IMG/VR virus record: IMGVR_UViG_3300020572_000004
Reading direction: 5' to 3' (one strand)
Origin: an uncultured virus (IMG/VR IMGVR_UViG_3300020572_000004)
Lineage: Duplodnaviria > Heunggongvirae > Uroviricota > Caudoviricetes
DNA length: 64,000 bases
The notes below the pieces were generated by a model. It was not told where the DNA came from, did no database searches, and worked only from the letters and a program-made list of their open reading frames with translations. Shown here piece after piece: positions 15,984-26,099 of this stretch (positions are counted from its first letter, which is position 1; the number at the start of each line of letters is the position of its first letter). The translations under genes were made by a program, and so were the position numbers.

Positions 15984-16692
15984 ATTCAAATGTATAACCA
16001 AATTTATTTATGACTTCTTTAGCATGATCATATACCAAATCACGCAATGATTTTGAATAGTATTCACGATAGTCATCCTTTGTAGTAGTATTTATTGGCA
16101 ACATATTGTCAAGTTGGTACTTTACCTGTGGAGTCATATCTCCTACAGCTGTTATAAATGCTGACAAGTCATCTTTTAATGTTTCGGTTTTACCAATTAC
16201 TGTTGCATGTTGTAAATAAAGGTTACAAACGTGTGTATAATAATCATATTGATTATTTAACCATTCACGAGCAATAGGCTTATATGTATTCTTTAATCTT
16301 TTTTGCAATTCCCAATCATCCGAATCAACAAAATAATTTTGCATCATTACAATGCGATTGTTTTTAATAAGGTCATGCTTAAATTGATGTGATGGTGACA
16401 ATAGAGTTTTTAAGAATGTTTCAAATGATACAGTCTTAACACCAAATGTCATCATAATGCTTTGCGGCCAAATTGGCATTTCCATTTCTGAACCGTATAT
16501 ACAAAACTTATAAAGAGAAACATACCATGCCCAAGGATTTCTTACTGCTGCAAAGCAATGAGTATATTCTTTTGGCATCCAATCCAAATTGCAATCATGG
16601 CCTTCTGTTATAATGCTGCTTAATACAGAATCCATCCATGTTCCGCCGGTTTTAGGCACATGCAAGTATACTGCATTTTTTGTAATGTACAT
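15967..16692 (-). CDS. Sulfotransferase-family protein
   Basis: PAPS-binding YLHVPKTGGTW and VRNPWAWYVSLY motifs. Confidence 0.8.
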   Translation of the reverse strand: MYITKNAVYLHVPKTGGTWMDSVLSSIITEGHDCNLDWMPKEYTHCFAAVRNPWAWYVSLYKFCIYGSEMEMPIWPQSIMMTFGVKTVSFETFLKTLLSPSHQFKHDLIKNNRIVMMQNYFVDSDDWELQKRLKNTYKPIAREWLNNQYDYYTHVCNLYLQHATVIGKTETLKDDLSAFITAVGDMTPQVKYQLDNMLPINTTTKDDYREYYSKSLRDLVYDHAKEVINKFGYTFEYETYA

Positions 16693-17027
16693 TATTTTTT
16701 AAGCAAATCACTAACACTCTTGCCTGCTTCCCAGAATCTGCAGCTCCAATAGTTAGCTTTCCACTTTGGGCCAGGATCGGTATCGCAGCCGTGGCGTGCA
16801 CGATAACTTTTTAGACGCGCTGGGTCGTCTCGTTTGATTTCCATGTTGGGATCGCCAAAACCAAGTTTGATTACATTGTCTTTTTCGTTTTTGACATATA
16901 CATAAAACTTATGTTTATCGTCATCGCTGCGAAATGGCTTGTTGAGTGTTACTTCTTTACCATCATATTCAGCCGCTTCAAACAGCGTAAAGGTTGGAGT
17001 CTCTAATATTTGTTGTAGTGTCTTCAT
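16692..17027 (-). CDS. DUF6321-like phage protein
   Basis: FGDPNMEIKRDDPARLKSYRARHGC...YWSC; MKTLQQILE leader. Confidence 0.7.
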   Translation of the reverse strand: MKTLQQILETPTFTLFEAAEYDGKEVTLNKPFRSDDDKHKFYVYVKNEKDNVIKLGFGDPNMEIKRDDPARLKSYRARHGCDTDPGPKWKANYWSCRFWEAGKSVSDLLKK

Positions 17028-18355
17028 ATGATTTGATACCATGCAAGGCCGCCTGTATATTTTGCGTTTGTGCCAGTAGTTGTAATTGCAACAGTATACG
17101 TATCAGACACTCCAGCTATAGTTCTTCCAAGTTGCAATGCAATATCACCAGCAAGCGTTGCACCAACACTTCCACTATTACTTGTGAAATATCCAGTCTT
17201 TACCAACACACCGCCGGTGATCGTTGATACACTAGTTGTAAATTGGGCTGTGTCACAATCCGCATGTGTTGTCCATGTAGGAGCGGTGCCAAATGTAGCG
17301 TTACGAAGTAAAGCCCATTGATATGATTTGTTACTTTCTCCTAGCAATTCAATATCAGTAGGAATAATTATACCATCAGTTTTGCCTGTGGCCAATCGTA
17401 TTGAAACTACATTATAGAATAATCCATCTGTGGCTGCAGTACGAAGATTGGCATTTGATATATTAGCGGTTGCTAATTGATTATATGTAATGCTAGTTGG
17501 GTTAAAACCACCTTCACTAATTACAGTATTACATACCTGTTTAATGAATGGGCTTGTAGAACCAGTGTTGGTCAATTCATATCTTATAGGCAACACCGCG
17601 GTTGTCATATAGGAAGTGGTGTTGATATTATCATTATGGAATGTATGTGCAACAACCATTCGGCCGTCAACAATAAATCCGCAACGAACATCACCAACAC
17701 CCAGCCATTCGATATCCATCCAGAATATATTTGCTTTACTAATATCTAAAATTCTGCCACTAATTCCGGTTCCGTCAAACTTATCGCCATTCCAATTTGC
17801 CTGCTCAACAGAAATTTCTGTTGAATCGCCAACTGTTGTATTTGTGCTGTCTGATCGCAATACAAATCGTAAGCCATTACCATTACGAGGCGTCACTACA
17901 TCGGCGGTGCCGTTTGTTTGTTCAAGATAAATGCCATTATCACTGCTAAAATAACCGATTCGTTGCGTAACTGTTTGTGATCCCGTTGTGGTACGGGCAC
18001 TGAAAGCAAAACTATTCATTAAGAGCAATGATTTTCCTGGCTGATAAGGAAATACAACATTGCTTTGTCTCGTCACAGTTCCAGCACCGGCTGGCGCCTT
18101 TAAGTCAACAGCGCTTTCACTTTGTATATAAGCTACTGCACCAGTTCCGGTAAGAACATTATTCCATTTTTTATTTTCTGAATACCGATGCTGACTATCA
18201 AATAATGTATAAGGTTCAGCCACACGAAGGCGCCCAAACCCGTCATATGCTGTTGAGGTTGCAGTTGCAGCACTTGAAGAATTGCTAGTAAACCCATAGT
18301 CAAGGTAATCCTCAATCTTACGAGACAACGTGCGTGGAGCAGTATAGTGTGGCAT
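17024..18355 (-). CDS. Virion structural/beta-rich lectin-like protein
   Basis: DGFGRLRVAEPYTLFD, YQPGKS, EWLGVG; T/S/G-rich; TATAAATA upstream. Confidence 0.65.
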   Translation of the reverse strand: MPHYTAPRTLSRKIEDYLDYGFTSNSSSAATATSTAYDGFGRLRVAEPYTLFDSQHRYSENKKWNNVLTGTGAVAYIQSESAVDLKAPAGAGTVTRQSNVVFPYQPGKSLLLMNSFAFSARTTTGSQTVTQRIGYFSSDNGIYLEQTNGTADVVTPRNGNGLRFVLRSDSTNTTVGDSTEISVEQANWNGDKFDGTGISGRILDISKANIFWMDIEWLGVGDVRCGFIVDGRMVVAHTFHNDNINTTSYMTTAVLPIRYELTNTGSTSPFIKQVCNTVISEGGFNPTSITYNQLATANISNANLRTAATDGLFYNVVSIRLATGKTDGIIIPTDIELLGESNKSYQWALLRNATFGTAPTWTTHADCDTAQFTTSVSTITGGVLVKTGYFTSNSGSVGATLAGDIALQLGRTIAGVSDTYTVAITTTGTNAKYTGGLAWYQII

Positions 18356-18371
18356 AACAATCTATTTATAA

Positions 18372-19142
18372 TTAAGCACAGCTTTTGACCATCTTTGCTT
18401 CTTCATCGCGGCGTGTAAGTAATCCATCCAAACCTTTGCCAACCCAAAGACGTTTCATATCAACGATTTGATCTGCAATGTAGGCATAAATGTCAGCACG
18501 ATTGGAGGCAATTGCATTCTTGATGTTTAACATTTCAGCACGTGAACTGCCAGTTATGCTGCCACCACGATTAAATACTAAACTTACAAGTGCACCAAAG
18601 GCGTCCTCGTGTAGCCGTTCAGAGCCTGGGAATGCACGAACAGTTTCCTTGATAAAGCGTGGTAGCGTGTTGCCTTTGAATACCACTTCAGCTGCTTCCC
18701 AAGATACGCTAATATCTTTAAGAATGCGCACTGCATCTTTTGCAGGACTGCTCTTTTTGCCAAGGTGTGGCACAAGTCGGGTATAATCTGATGCGCTTAA
18801 TAGCCCTTTCCAATCGGTTGCAAATTGAGCAGTAGTATTGTAACCCATATCATAACCAATACCAATGGTAACACCACTTTCACCACCTGGGTAACATGGA
18901 TTCTTCAATGCTTTATTGTAATAGCTTGGGCCTCCACCCACTTCATACTTAAGAATAAGTTTGTAGGCAGCGTCACCAATACCAACAACGGTTGAGGTTG
19001 ATACTGGTGCAACAGTAGCTGCAGCTACACCAATCTTAGCTGCAATAGCAGTCCATGTGTGTGCGCCGTCAACACCATCAGCATCCAAACCCAATGCAGC
19101 TTGAACACTCTTAACAATTTGTTTTCTTCCGTCGAATTGCAT
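18372..19142 (-). CDS. Endolysin: peptidoglycan-binding N-terminus plus lysozyme-like domain
   Basis: VQAALGLDADGVDGAHT; YE...SGVTIGIGYD; ALVSLVFNRG; GLLTRRDEEA. Confidence 0.85.
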   Translation of the reverse strand: MQFDGRKQIVKSVQAALGLDADGVDGAHTWTAIAAKIGVAAATVAPVSTSTVVGIGDAAYKLILKYEVGGGPSYYNKALKNPCYPGGESGVTIGIGYDMGYNTTAQFATDWKGLLSASDYTRLVPHLGKKSSPAKDAVRILKDISVSWEAAEVVFKGNTLPRFIKETVRAFPGSERLHEDAFGALVSLVFNRGGSITGSSRAEMLNIKNAIASNRADIYAYIADQIVDMKRLWVGKGLDGLLTRRDEEAKMVKSCA

Positions 19143-19169
19143 TTATTTTGTAATTTATGAATTTTATCC

Positions 19170-19198
19170 TTTACAAGTTTAATGTCATATGGTATAAT
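19170..19198 (+). promoter_or_regulatory. Sigma70-type promoter on the strand opposite to the surrounding genes
   Basis: CCTTTACA-N17-TATAAT with an extended TG. Confidence 0.7.
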
Positions 19199-19336
19199 AC
19201 TTTATACGAAATGGTGCAATATTGTATACCATATGATACGTTAAGGTTGCTTAATTAAACAATCTTGTTACATCAGTTGTTACCGTAGGTTCCCGAAGGG
19301 AGTACCGTTGCAATAGAGAAAGAACCATTAGACTGT

Positions 19337-20233
19337 TTATGCCGCAGGTGTTTTAGCGTCACGAGCAGTCTTCTTTAGTTTGTTTAATATTGCGCTATCG
19401 CCTGTAATCATACTAACCAATAGAACAAGAGTATCACCAATGATTTTCTTTTGTTCTTGAGTTGGTGGATGTCCGCCTTCAATAGCTTTCATGCCAAGAG
19501 CTGCTTTATTTGCATCGCCTGGTGATAACAATCCAAGGATAGCCAACTGTTTGAATTTATAATAGTCAACTTCTTCGTCTAGTTGAGTTCCTTCGGTTTC
19601 AAACTCTTCGTTTTGAGCTGCATAATAAGCACCTAGCGCCATCTTGATGCGTTCCTTTTTACTCTTGCCTTCAAAGCGTGTGTCGGTACTCTTTACAAAA
19701 TCACTGATCCATACACCTGCATCGTCGTCTGCACTCAACTTTTCTTCTGTCATCCACTTAAGACCGCGTTTCTTAGCCTCAGCTGCAGCAGCTTTAAGCT
19801 CCTTTGCAAACTGATCGCCCACCTTTGCGGTTGTCCAGTTTATATTTAACCACATCTTAAGGTGTTTGTCATCAAATGTTTCAAAACTACGATCTTCATT
19901 GACAGCATTCTTCTTCTGTTGAACACCAATCTTTTGAATAGCTTTAATAGCATCTCCCATATGATCAAACATGGTTACCTTTTCATCATTGACAACTGCA
20001 TAGCCATCTTCAAGAATAACGAACCATACGTCAGCCCACTTACCAGCGCGCATTGGAATACCATATAGATGGTAAATGTCATCCTTAGGCAGGCCTTTAA
20101 AGCTGCGTAGGTCAGAACCTTTAGCTGCTTCAAAACCTAGTCCGTGAAGTGTTGTATTAAGAATCTTCCATGAATGACTTTCGGTAAGGTCAACAGCTGG
20201 AACGGCGTTTAAGATTTGCGATAATGTTTTCAT
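19337..20233 (-). CDS. Putative virion/internal protein
   Basis: MKTLSQIL leader; WISDFVKS...FEGKSKKERIKMALGAYY module. Confidence 0.6.
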   Translation of the reverse strand: MKTLSQILNAVPAVDLTESHSWKILNTTLHGLGFEAAKGSDLRSFKGLPKDDIYHLYGIPMRAGKWADVWFVILEDGYAVVNDEKVTMFDHMGDAIKAIQKIGVQQKKNAVNEDRSFETFDDKHLKMWLNINWTTAKVGDQFAKELKAAAAEAKKRGLKWMTEEKLSADDDAGVWISDFVKSTDTRFEGKSKKERIKMALGAYYAAQNEEFETEGTQLDEEVDYYKFKQLAILGLLSPGDANKAALGMKAIEGGHPPTQEQKKIIGDTLVLLVSMITGDSAILNKLKKTARDAKTPAA

Positions 20234-20643
20234 AATAGTTTGAATTGTTTTGGGATTGAGATGTAGTTTGTGTTTTTATCGTAAAAGATAATTGGATGCT
20301 GCGTAGCACCAGGCAGGTTATCAACTTCTAGGCGCAATACATTAGAACGTGCACTAGCAACCCAGCGGCCATTATAGGTATCACCTATGCGGCATGCGCC
20401 GTGACTCCCAATGCAACGAATCTTAGCGGTTTCTCCTTTATCAATACCGCCAGCTTCATAATCGTCTGGTGTATTCTCTTCAATGAATGCATGATACTTT
20501 TCTTTAATATCAAGAATACTGAGGCTTTTAAAGTCGGCTGTGCTTTCAACAAATTGCGCAATCAAGTCGTCATATGGACTATTGGTCGCTATTTGAACAA
20601 TACGTTTTTGTCTTTCTTCTACTAAATTTTTCATGCTGTGCAT
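20230..20643 (-). CDS. Hypothetical protein
   Basis: ORF packed into the late operon. Confidence 0.6.
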   Translation of the reverse strand: MHSMKNLVEERQKRIVQIATNSPYDDLIAQFVESTADFKSLSILDIKEKYHAFIEENTPDDYEAGGIDKGETAKIRCIGSHGACRIGDTYNGRWVASARSNVLRLEVDNLPGATQHPIIFYDKNTNYISIPKQFKLL

Positions 20644-21482
20644 AATGGTTGTATATTTTCTAATGTTAGTCGCAAGTCAGCCACAAAGATTTTGCTTTCG
20701 GCTAGCGTATGCAGGTTCTTACACACTACATAGTTTGGTTTTTGTTCAGTGATCATTAGTTCAGCTTCACCGGTTTTGGTGCTGTATACCACATCACCTT
20801 TGTTGAAAATTTCTCCAGCAATATAGCGTTCACGGTTTTCTGAAACGGCTACAAATTGAACATGTTTGCGAAAGTTGTGGCTTTCTTTAAGACCGAGGCC
20901 AACGCGCACTGCATTGAACATGTCTTTGACATCACCAAATGTTTTGGGTACGCCTTTTGCAAATGCTTCAAGATCATTGTTGGCGGCCGCCGCTCGCATT
21001 TTGCTAGCACTCATACCGCTGACTCCATCACTATCAGGATCCCGTTCACCAGCGCTCTTAACTTCAATACCATCACGGAATGAGTAGTATCCATGGCCGG
21101 CTTTAACGCCATCATATTTGTTTAACAGCTTTGTGAATTCATCTATACGATCGCTGCCAACAACCAGAGTCAATTTGTTATATCCGCCGTCATATGCTTT
21201 TACAGCAACATCAAATACGTTCTTTACACTTTTATCAGATATAATACTGCGCCCATATGATGGAAACATTTTGCGAAGAAACTTAATCTTGTCATCATAA
21301 GCTAATGGATTTTTAAGGTCATTACTTTGAGAAGAATAGATTAAAAAGTTTTTGCCTTTTGCAATTTTTGCGACAGCATCAAATAATTTTTCATGACCAA
21401 CGGTAGGTGGATTGTAGCGCCCAAAGGTAACTACAACGCCATTAGTGCGCTCTTCAGTAAATGACTTAAAGGACTTTATCAT
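20631..21482 (-). CDS. Cytidylyltransferase-like (HxGH-class) nucleotidyltransferase of T4-like phages
   Basis: TFGRYNPPTVGHEKL, VVGSDR, MSASKMR. Confidence 0.85.
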   Translation of the reverse strand: MIKSFKSFTEERTNGVVVTFGRYNPPTVGHEKLFDAVAKIAKGKNFLIYSSQSNDLKNPLAYDDKIKFLRKMFPSYGRSIISDKSVKNVFDVAVKAYDGGYNKLTLVVGSDRIDEFTKLLNKYDGVKAGHGYYSFRDGIEVKSAGERDPDSDGVSGMSASKMRAAAANNDLEAFAKGVPKTFGDVKDMFNAVRVGLGLKESHNFRKHVQFVAVSENRERYIAGEIFNKGDVVYSTKTGEAELMITEQKPNYVVCKNLHTLAESKIFVADLRLTLENIQPLCTA

Positions 21483-21490
21483 AATATGAT

Positions 21491-21874
21491 TTATACACCT
21501 TTAACAAGGTTTTTATATAGTCCTCCTGGACCAGCAAGCTTATTGCCGGCTGGACGATATTTACCACGCTTATACTTTTTATTATAATCATCACGGCTCA
21601 TTGCACCGGCATTAACTCGGGCCCAATCTGCGCGCTGCGGTCCAGTTAATACAGCTTCAGCCGTTGGTGTCAATGCATCAAATTGTGCTTCAAAACTTTC
21701 ATCACATTCACATGGCTCGGTCGCACACTCCTCACACGGCTCTTGGGTTGCTTCACCAATAATTCCACGGCGGCGCTTTTTGTATTGATATGCAATCAAT
21801 CCGATAGCGTCATCCCATGCGCCTTCAGTCTGATCAACAACCATCAAGTCTCTAAATGAAAAAGGTTTGCTCAT
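21491..21874 (-). CDS. Hypothetical late protein
   Basis: TATAAATA upstream; CEEC...CECD. Confidence 0.6.
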   Translation of the reverse strand: MSKPFSFRDLMVVDQTEGAWDDAIGLIAYQYKKRRRGIIGEATQEPCEECATEPCECDESFEAQFDALTPTAEAVLTGPQRADWARVNAGAMSRDDYNKKYKRGKYRPAGNKLAGPGGLYKNLVKGV

Positions 21875-21884
21875 AGGTTTGTAT

Positions 21885-22835
21885 TTATATTATCCTTTGG
21901 CTATAAGATTGGAATTGTTTTGCAATCTCTACTAATGGGTCGTCCTGTATATTTGAATAGTTCATATTATCTTCTGACATGCGTGAATAATAATTACGGG
22001 CGGCGACCGTATCCCATCCTCCAGTTAACTTTTTAACCAATGCTTGCATATCACGATCTTTAGTACCTCTAAACTCATCGACAACATCACGTTCAACACT
22101 AGTTAACTTTTGAGCAGCAGAGGTATGTGCCTTAATGATGATAGCCAAGATTTGGTCATGTGTAAGATTTGGATACAACTTACTCTGCAATTGTTTTGTT
22201 TTGGACGGAGTATCATTGGTCGTGCGGTCGCCATATAAATTAAAATTTTCTGAATCGGAACAGACCCATAAGATGTTATTTTTTAACTTAAATGCGTCGT
22301 GTACAGCTTTAACATCAGACATTTTAATGTCATTCTGTTTGGCCCAAAAGGTAACAAAATCAAACTTTTTATTGCGAAAAACTTTTACTGGGATGTTTGA
22401 CCAAACACGACCAGCACGCGTTTTCATGCGCGCAGCGTCTTGATCATCAAAGCCACGGTTAATTTCACTAAGGTTGTGTTTGATATCATTAGGTTTTAAC
22501 GGCTTAAGAGTATATACATCATGATACTTTAGGACTCTCTGGATGCTAGCCGCATCACAAACACCACCGTTGTATGCTTTTTTAAGCGCAATGAAGATGG
22601 CATCGTGTACAGCACGCTTATTGGTGCGGTTTAGCATATATATTAGTGTACCACGCCCCGGCCCAATATACATGAATGGACCTGTTGCTTCTCTCATTTC
22701 ATAGAATGAATAGTTAACATTTAAGTCAGATGGTGTTGAATAATTAGCTGGAATAGTTTGTGGTGCATCTGTGCCTTCAAGTATAGCACGTGCTATACCT
22801 ACCAATGGATCGTCTTGTGTGTTAAACGTTTGCAT
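21885..22835 (-). CDS. Hypothetical protein
   Basis: 316-aa ORF; QDDPLV motif at both ends. Confidence 0.65.
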   Translation of the reverse strand: MQTFNTQDDPLVGIARAILEGTDAPQTIPANYSTPSDLNVNYSFYEMREATGPFMYIGPGRGTLIYMLNRTNKRAVHDAIFIALKKAYNGGVCDAASIQRVLKYHDVYTLKPLKPNDIKHNLSEINRGFDDQDAARMKTRAGRVWSNIPVKVFRNKKFDFVTFWAKQNDIKMSDVKAVHDAFKLKNNILWVCSDSENFNLYGDRTTNDTPSKTKQLQSKLYPNLTHDQILAIIIKAHTSAAQKLTSVERDVVDEFRGTKDRDMQALVKKLTGGWDTVAARNYYSRMSEDNMNYSNIQDDPLVEIAKQFQSYSQRII

Positions 22836-22848
22836 ATAGTTCTATTTA

Positions 22849-24102
22849 TTATTTTTGCCAGCCTTTGATTACATTTGGATCAAAATTATTTTTACTGAAT
22901 GTCATGCGGTCAACCAGTTTGACTGCACCACCTTTAAGATGGTCAATTGCAACAAAGCCTTCTTGACTTGTTACGCGGAACCCATCACTTGTTTTGACAA
23001 AGGTATCTATCTTTTTGAGACTGTCAAGCTTTTCTATAATAATAAGTTTAGCCTTGACAATTGCATTTTGTAGCTGATACATCAAGTCAAGATTAGCTTT
23101 GTTGGAGTCATTGAAAAATGCTAGGTAAGCATCTTTGCGCGCGCTTGCGGCAGCCTGCCCTTTTTCACTTTTCTTGCTTGCCACATCAGCATCAAACTTT
23201 TTGGTTGCCCATGCAATCAACCCTGCAACATGCCCCTTTGTATCAGATACAGTTTGCCCTTTGCGAACAAACGTATTGTTGTATGTTTCGAGAGTGGTTG
23301 CAAATTCAGCATCCTGTTCGATAGCTTTTAGAGTGGTGCTGCTAATCTTTTGAAAGATCTTGCCTGCTTCAGATAGTGCAGCCGTAACTTGTGCCGTATC
23401 AGCTGCTGTCAGTGTAGCCTTACCGCTCAGGTCATGAATGGTTGCATCTTGATACCATACACTAGGCAACTTTTTAAGAGATCGTGTGTCAACGCCATAA
23501 CTAGCAGTCATACTCTCAAAACTACTGCCATTGTATGATGTGTGAAATACAATGCCAAGATTTGCCTTCTTTAGCGTATCAGCCAATTGGCTGTTGGCAG
23601 GAACGGCATATGCAATGGTATTGGGTTGAAACACAACATACTTTTCTCCTTCAATACTAACCGTTTTTAGGTCACCTTTGGTAAACATCAGGTCGCCTTG
23701 TATAACATTCTTGATACCAAGTTTCTTTAGTTCGACGTAAGCAACACTCAGTTTGTCAGCAAGTTCGCCACTTGTGTCGGCTTTTACATCAGCTATACTT
23801 TTATATACCTTTGGGTTCTTATTGAAGATACCTTTTTTAGCTACAAAGAATTCTCCATCGCTTGGATCAACGCCACAGAACACGGCTGGCGCGCCATCAA
23901 ATTTAATTGTTACATCAATATTAGAATGCGAGTTTCCGGCCAACATATCGCGTAGGCTGCGCAAAGCGTTAATTGCATCACGTGTACCACTGACACCGCC
24001 GTATAATACTGCATCTTCCAAATGTTGCATATGAACATTCTTGCCAGCGACACTAGCTTCGGTAATATAATCTTTAAATGATTTCAACTGTGTAACCTGC
24101 AT
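22849..24102 (-). CDS. DUF6267-like protein with a ligase-like KxDG motif
   Basis: KNVHMQHLED, TIKFDGAPA, QGDLMF, FQPNTI, EGFV, KLVDR. Confidence 0.75.
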   Translation of the reverse strand: MQVTQLKSFKDYITEASVAGKNVHMQHLEDAVLYGGVSGTRDAINALRSLRDMLAGNSHSNIDVTIKFDGAPAVFCGVDPSDGEFFVAKKGIFNKNPKVYKSIADVKADTSGELADKLSVAYVELKKLGIKNVIQGDLMFTKGDLKTVSIEGEKYVVFQPNTIAYAVPANSQLADTLKKANLGIVFHTSYNGSSFESMTASYGVDTRSLKKLPSVWYQDATIHDLSGKATLTAADTAQVTAALSEAGKIFQKISSTTLKAIEQDAEFATTLETYNNTFVRKGQTVSDTKGHVAGLIAWATKKFDADVASKKSEKGQAAASARKDAYLAFFNDSNKANLDLMYQLQNAIVKAKLIIIEKLDSLKKIDTFVKTSDGFRVTSQEGFVAIDHLKGGAVKLVDRMTFSKNNFDPNVIKGWQK

Positions 24103-24742
24103 TTATAAATCTCTCTTTAATGTTTTGGATTATTTTTGTGCAACTCTCAAGAGTGCTATTTCCCTTAATACTATTTATATATTTTAATACAAACGCAATG
24201 TTATCAATACTTGCCGCATATTCAATGCTATCACCATCAAAGAAACATAATATAATAGGCTTAATATGATCAACGGATCGCTTTCGCCAATCATTTGGAT
24301 TAACTTTTAAGCTTTCACATTCTGCAAACATAATTCCGCTATATTGACAGTATGAAGGAATTTTTTTAGCATCTTTTATTTTCTTAACATTTTTATCTGT
24401 TAATTTTTTTACCTTTTTACAATACTCGCTATATTCATGAACAAATGGTAATTTATCATATGGGATATCGTTAATTATTGCAAAGCCCCCGCTGATTTGC
24501 CCCCAATTTTTTACACCATGTTTTGAAAGCATTATATCTTCATGATTTTTAGCTTTCGTCTTAAGATAATTATCACCAGTAAGGCCTTCATAAATACCTA
24601 TTTCATTAAGATACTTTTGTATTCTTACTCGACCAACCCCGTCTTTACACCGTCTTAATATCTCAGAGATACTATACGTTTCTAAATAAATTTTACGATA
24701 AAGATCTTTCTGATCTTGTGTTAATGCATTCTTTGTTATCAT
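24074..24742 (-). CDS. Putative HNH-type homing endonuclease
   Basis: RSVDHIKP...N...INSIKGN; AT-rich; own late promoter. Confidence 0.65.
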   Translation of the reverse strand: MITKNALTQDQKDLYRKIYLETYSISEILRRCKDGVGRVRIQKYLNEIGIYEGLTGDNYLKTKAKNHEDIMLSKHGVKNWGQISGGFAIINDIPYDKLPFVHEYSEYCKKVKKLTDKNVKKIKDAKKIPSYCQYSGIMFAECESLKVNPNDWRKRSVDHIKPIILCFFDGDSIEYAASIDNIAFVLKYINSIKGNSTLESCTKIIQNIKERFINAGYTVEII

Positions 24743-24791
24743 ATTAAATTTATTTATATAATATGATAACTTAAGATGGCTACCATCCAAT

Positions 24792-26099
24792 TTATTCTAA
24801 TTTGATAAAAGGTGCGCTCAGGTCTGAACTGCTGCTTGCATATTGAATACATGAAGTAATAAAATCATCTTCGCGATGACTGCTCTTGACTATATCTATA
24901 AGCTGGCATCCTAGGAATTTACTAAAGGCCCAGCTAACACCTTTGGCTTTACATTCTTCAACAAATGCGTCCAACTGCAACTTTGAAGAGTCCATCGAAT
25001 AGCGTGTATAATTCTCGTAAAACTCTTTATAGATTTTCTCATCGCTTTCAGCCAATGCTTTGCGTAAAGTTTTGATGTCAATCAGTTGCTGCAATCGAAG
25101 GTGACGCAATACGGTTTGAATTGGCCCATAGCTAAGTTTACCTTGATTAGCATTCGTCCCTTTGATTTCGCCTTGGAAAGTTTCAGGAAAAGTACGGAAT
25201 TGTATTTTGCCATTCTGTGAAAAATACATATAGATATCCTTACCGCTAAAGAATCCTTTGGTACCAGTTGTAAACTTGTCAAATTCAATGGTGTGCTTTT
25301 CATCACCGGCATTATAAGTTGACATTTTGACACCGCCTTTAAGCAGCTTTAGAGATACACCAACTATATCACCATCACGCATTGCCTCAAGAAGCAGGCC
25401 ATTCAATTCGATAATATTTGTAGCCGCTGCAAGTTTAATCGCAGCGCCAGCCGGCGATACCATATAGATGTCAGCTGGACTCCATTTGTTGACATTCGAA
25501 AATATCTTTTCGGCGCTGTTGAGTTTCTTGAATGTTTTTTCGAGTGACTCTACCCAGTCGCTTCCACGATGGAAAGTATAATTCTTTTTGCTATATTTCT
25601 TATGCAATGCTTCAGCACCAAGAATACAACTATCACGCCATGCTGGTGATAAACCGTTCAATATGTTTTCAAATGGTTCATCTACTTTGCAGCCTTTGTA
25701 TGCGCGTTCCAAATCAATAGCTGTATAGTTTTTGCTACCAGCCCATCGTGCAGCTGCATATACTGCCTGTGCACTTTCCGTAGTACGCGTAACATCTGCA
25801 CCAGCACCTTTACCACCTCCCCCACCAAATTCTTTGGTTTTACTAAAATCTTTTAGAGCATATGGTTTGTCATCTTTAGCTGAATAGAAAACAATCTTGG
25901 CTGGGTTGTTTTTAGCTTTTACATCAGCTGCGGTCTTTGCGTCATAGCGCAATACCACTTCTCCCCCGGCGGCTAATGTTAATGGTTGACTGTTCTTGTA
26001 TTTGTCAAGAAACATATCAACACGCCAATCATATTTGTATAATTCAGCTGGCGCTAGGTTTGCACCTTCGGTCAAATAGTGTTGTTTAAATGATATCAT
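24792..26099 (-). CDS. PD-(D/E)XK restriction-endonuclease-like protein
   Basis: TES, KWSPADIY, GVSLK motifs. Confidence 0.65.
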   Translation of the reverse strand: MISFKQHYLTEGANLAPAELYKYDWRVDMFLDKYKNSQPLTLAAGGEVVLRYDAKTAADVKAKNNPAKIVFYSAKDDKPYALKDFSKTKEFGGGGGKGAGADVTRTTESAQAVYAAARWAGSKNYTAIDLERAYKGCKVDEPFENILNGLSPAWRDSCILGAEALHKKYSKKNYTFHRGSDWVESLEKTFKKLNSAEKIFSNVNKWSPADIYMVSPAGAAIKLAAATNIIELNGLLLEAMRDGDIVGVSLKLLKGGVKMSTYNAGDEKHTIEFDKFTTGTKGFFSGKDIYMYFSQNGKIQFRTFPETFQGEIKGTNANQGKLSYGPIQTVLRHLRLQQLIDIKTLRKALAESDEKIYKEFYENYTRYSMDSSKLQLDAFVEECKAKGVSWAFSKFLGCQLIDIVKSSHREDDFITSCIQYASSSSDLSAPFIKLE

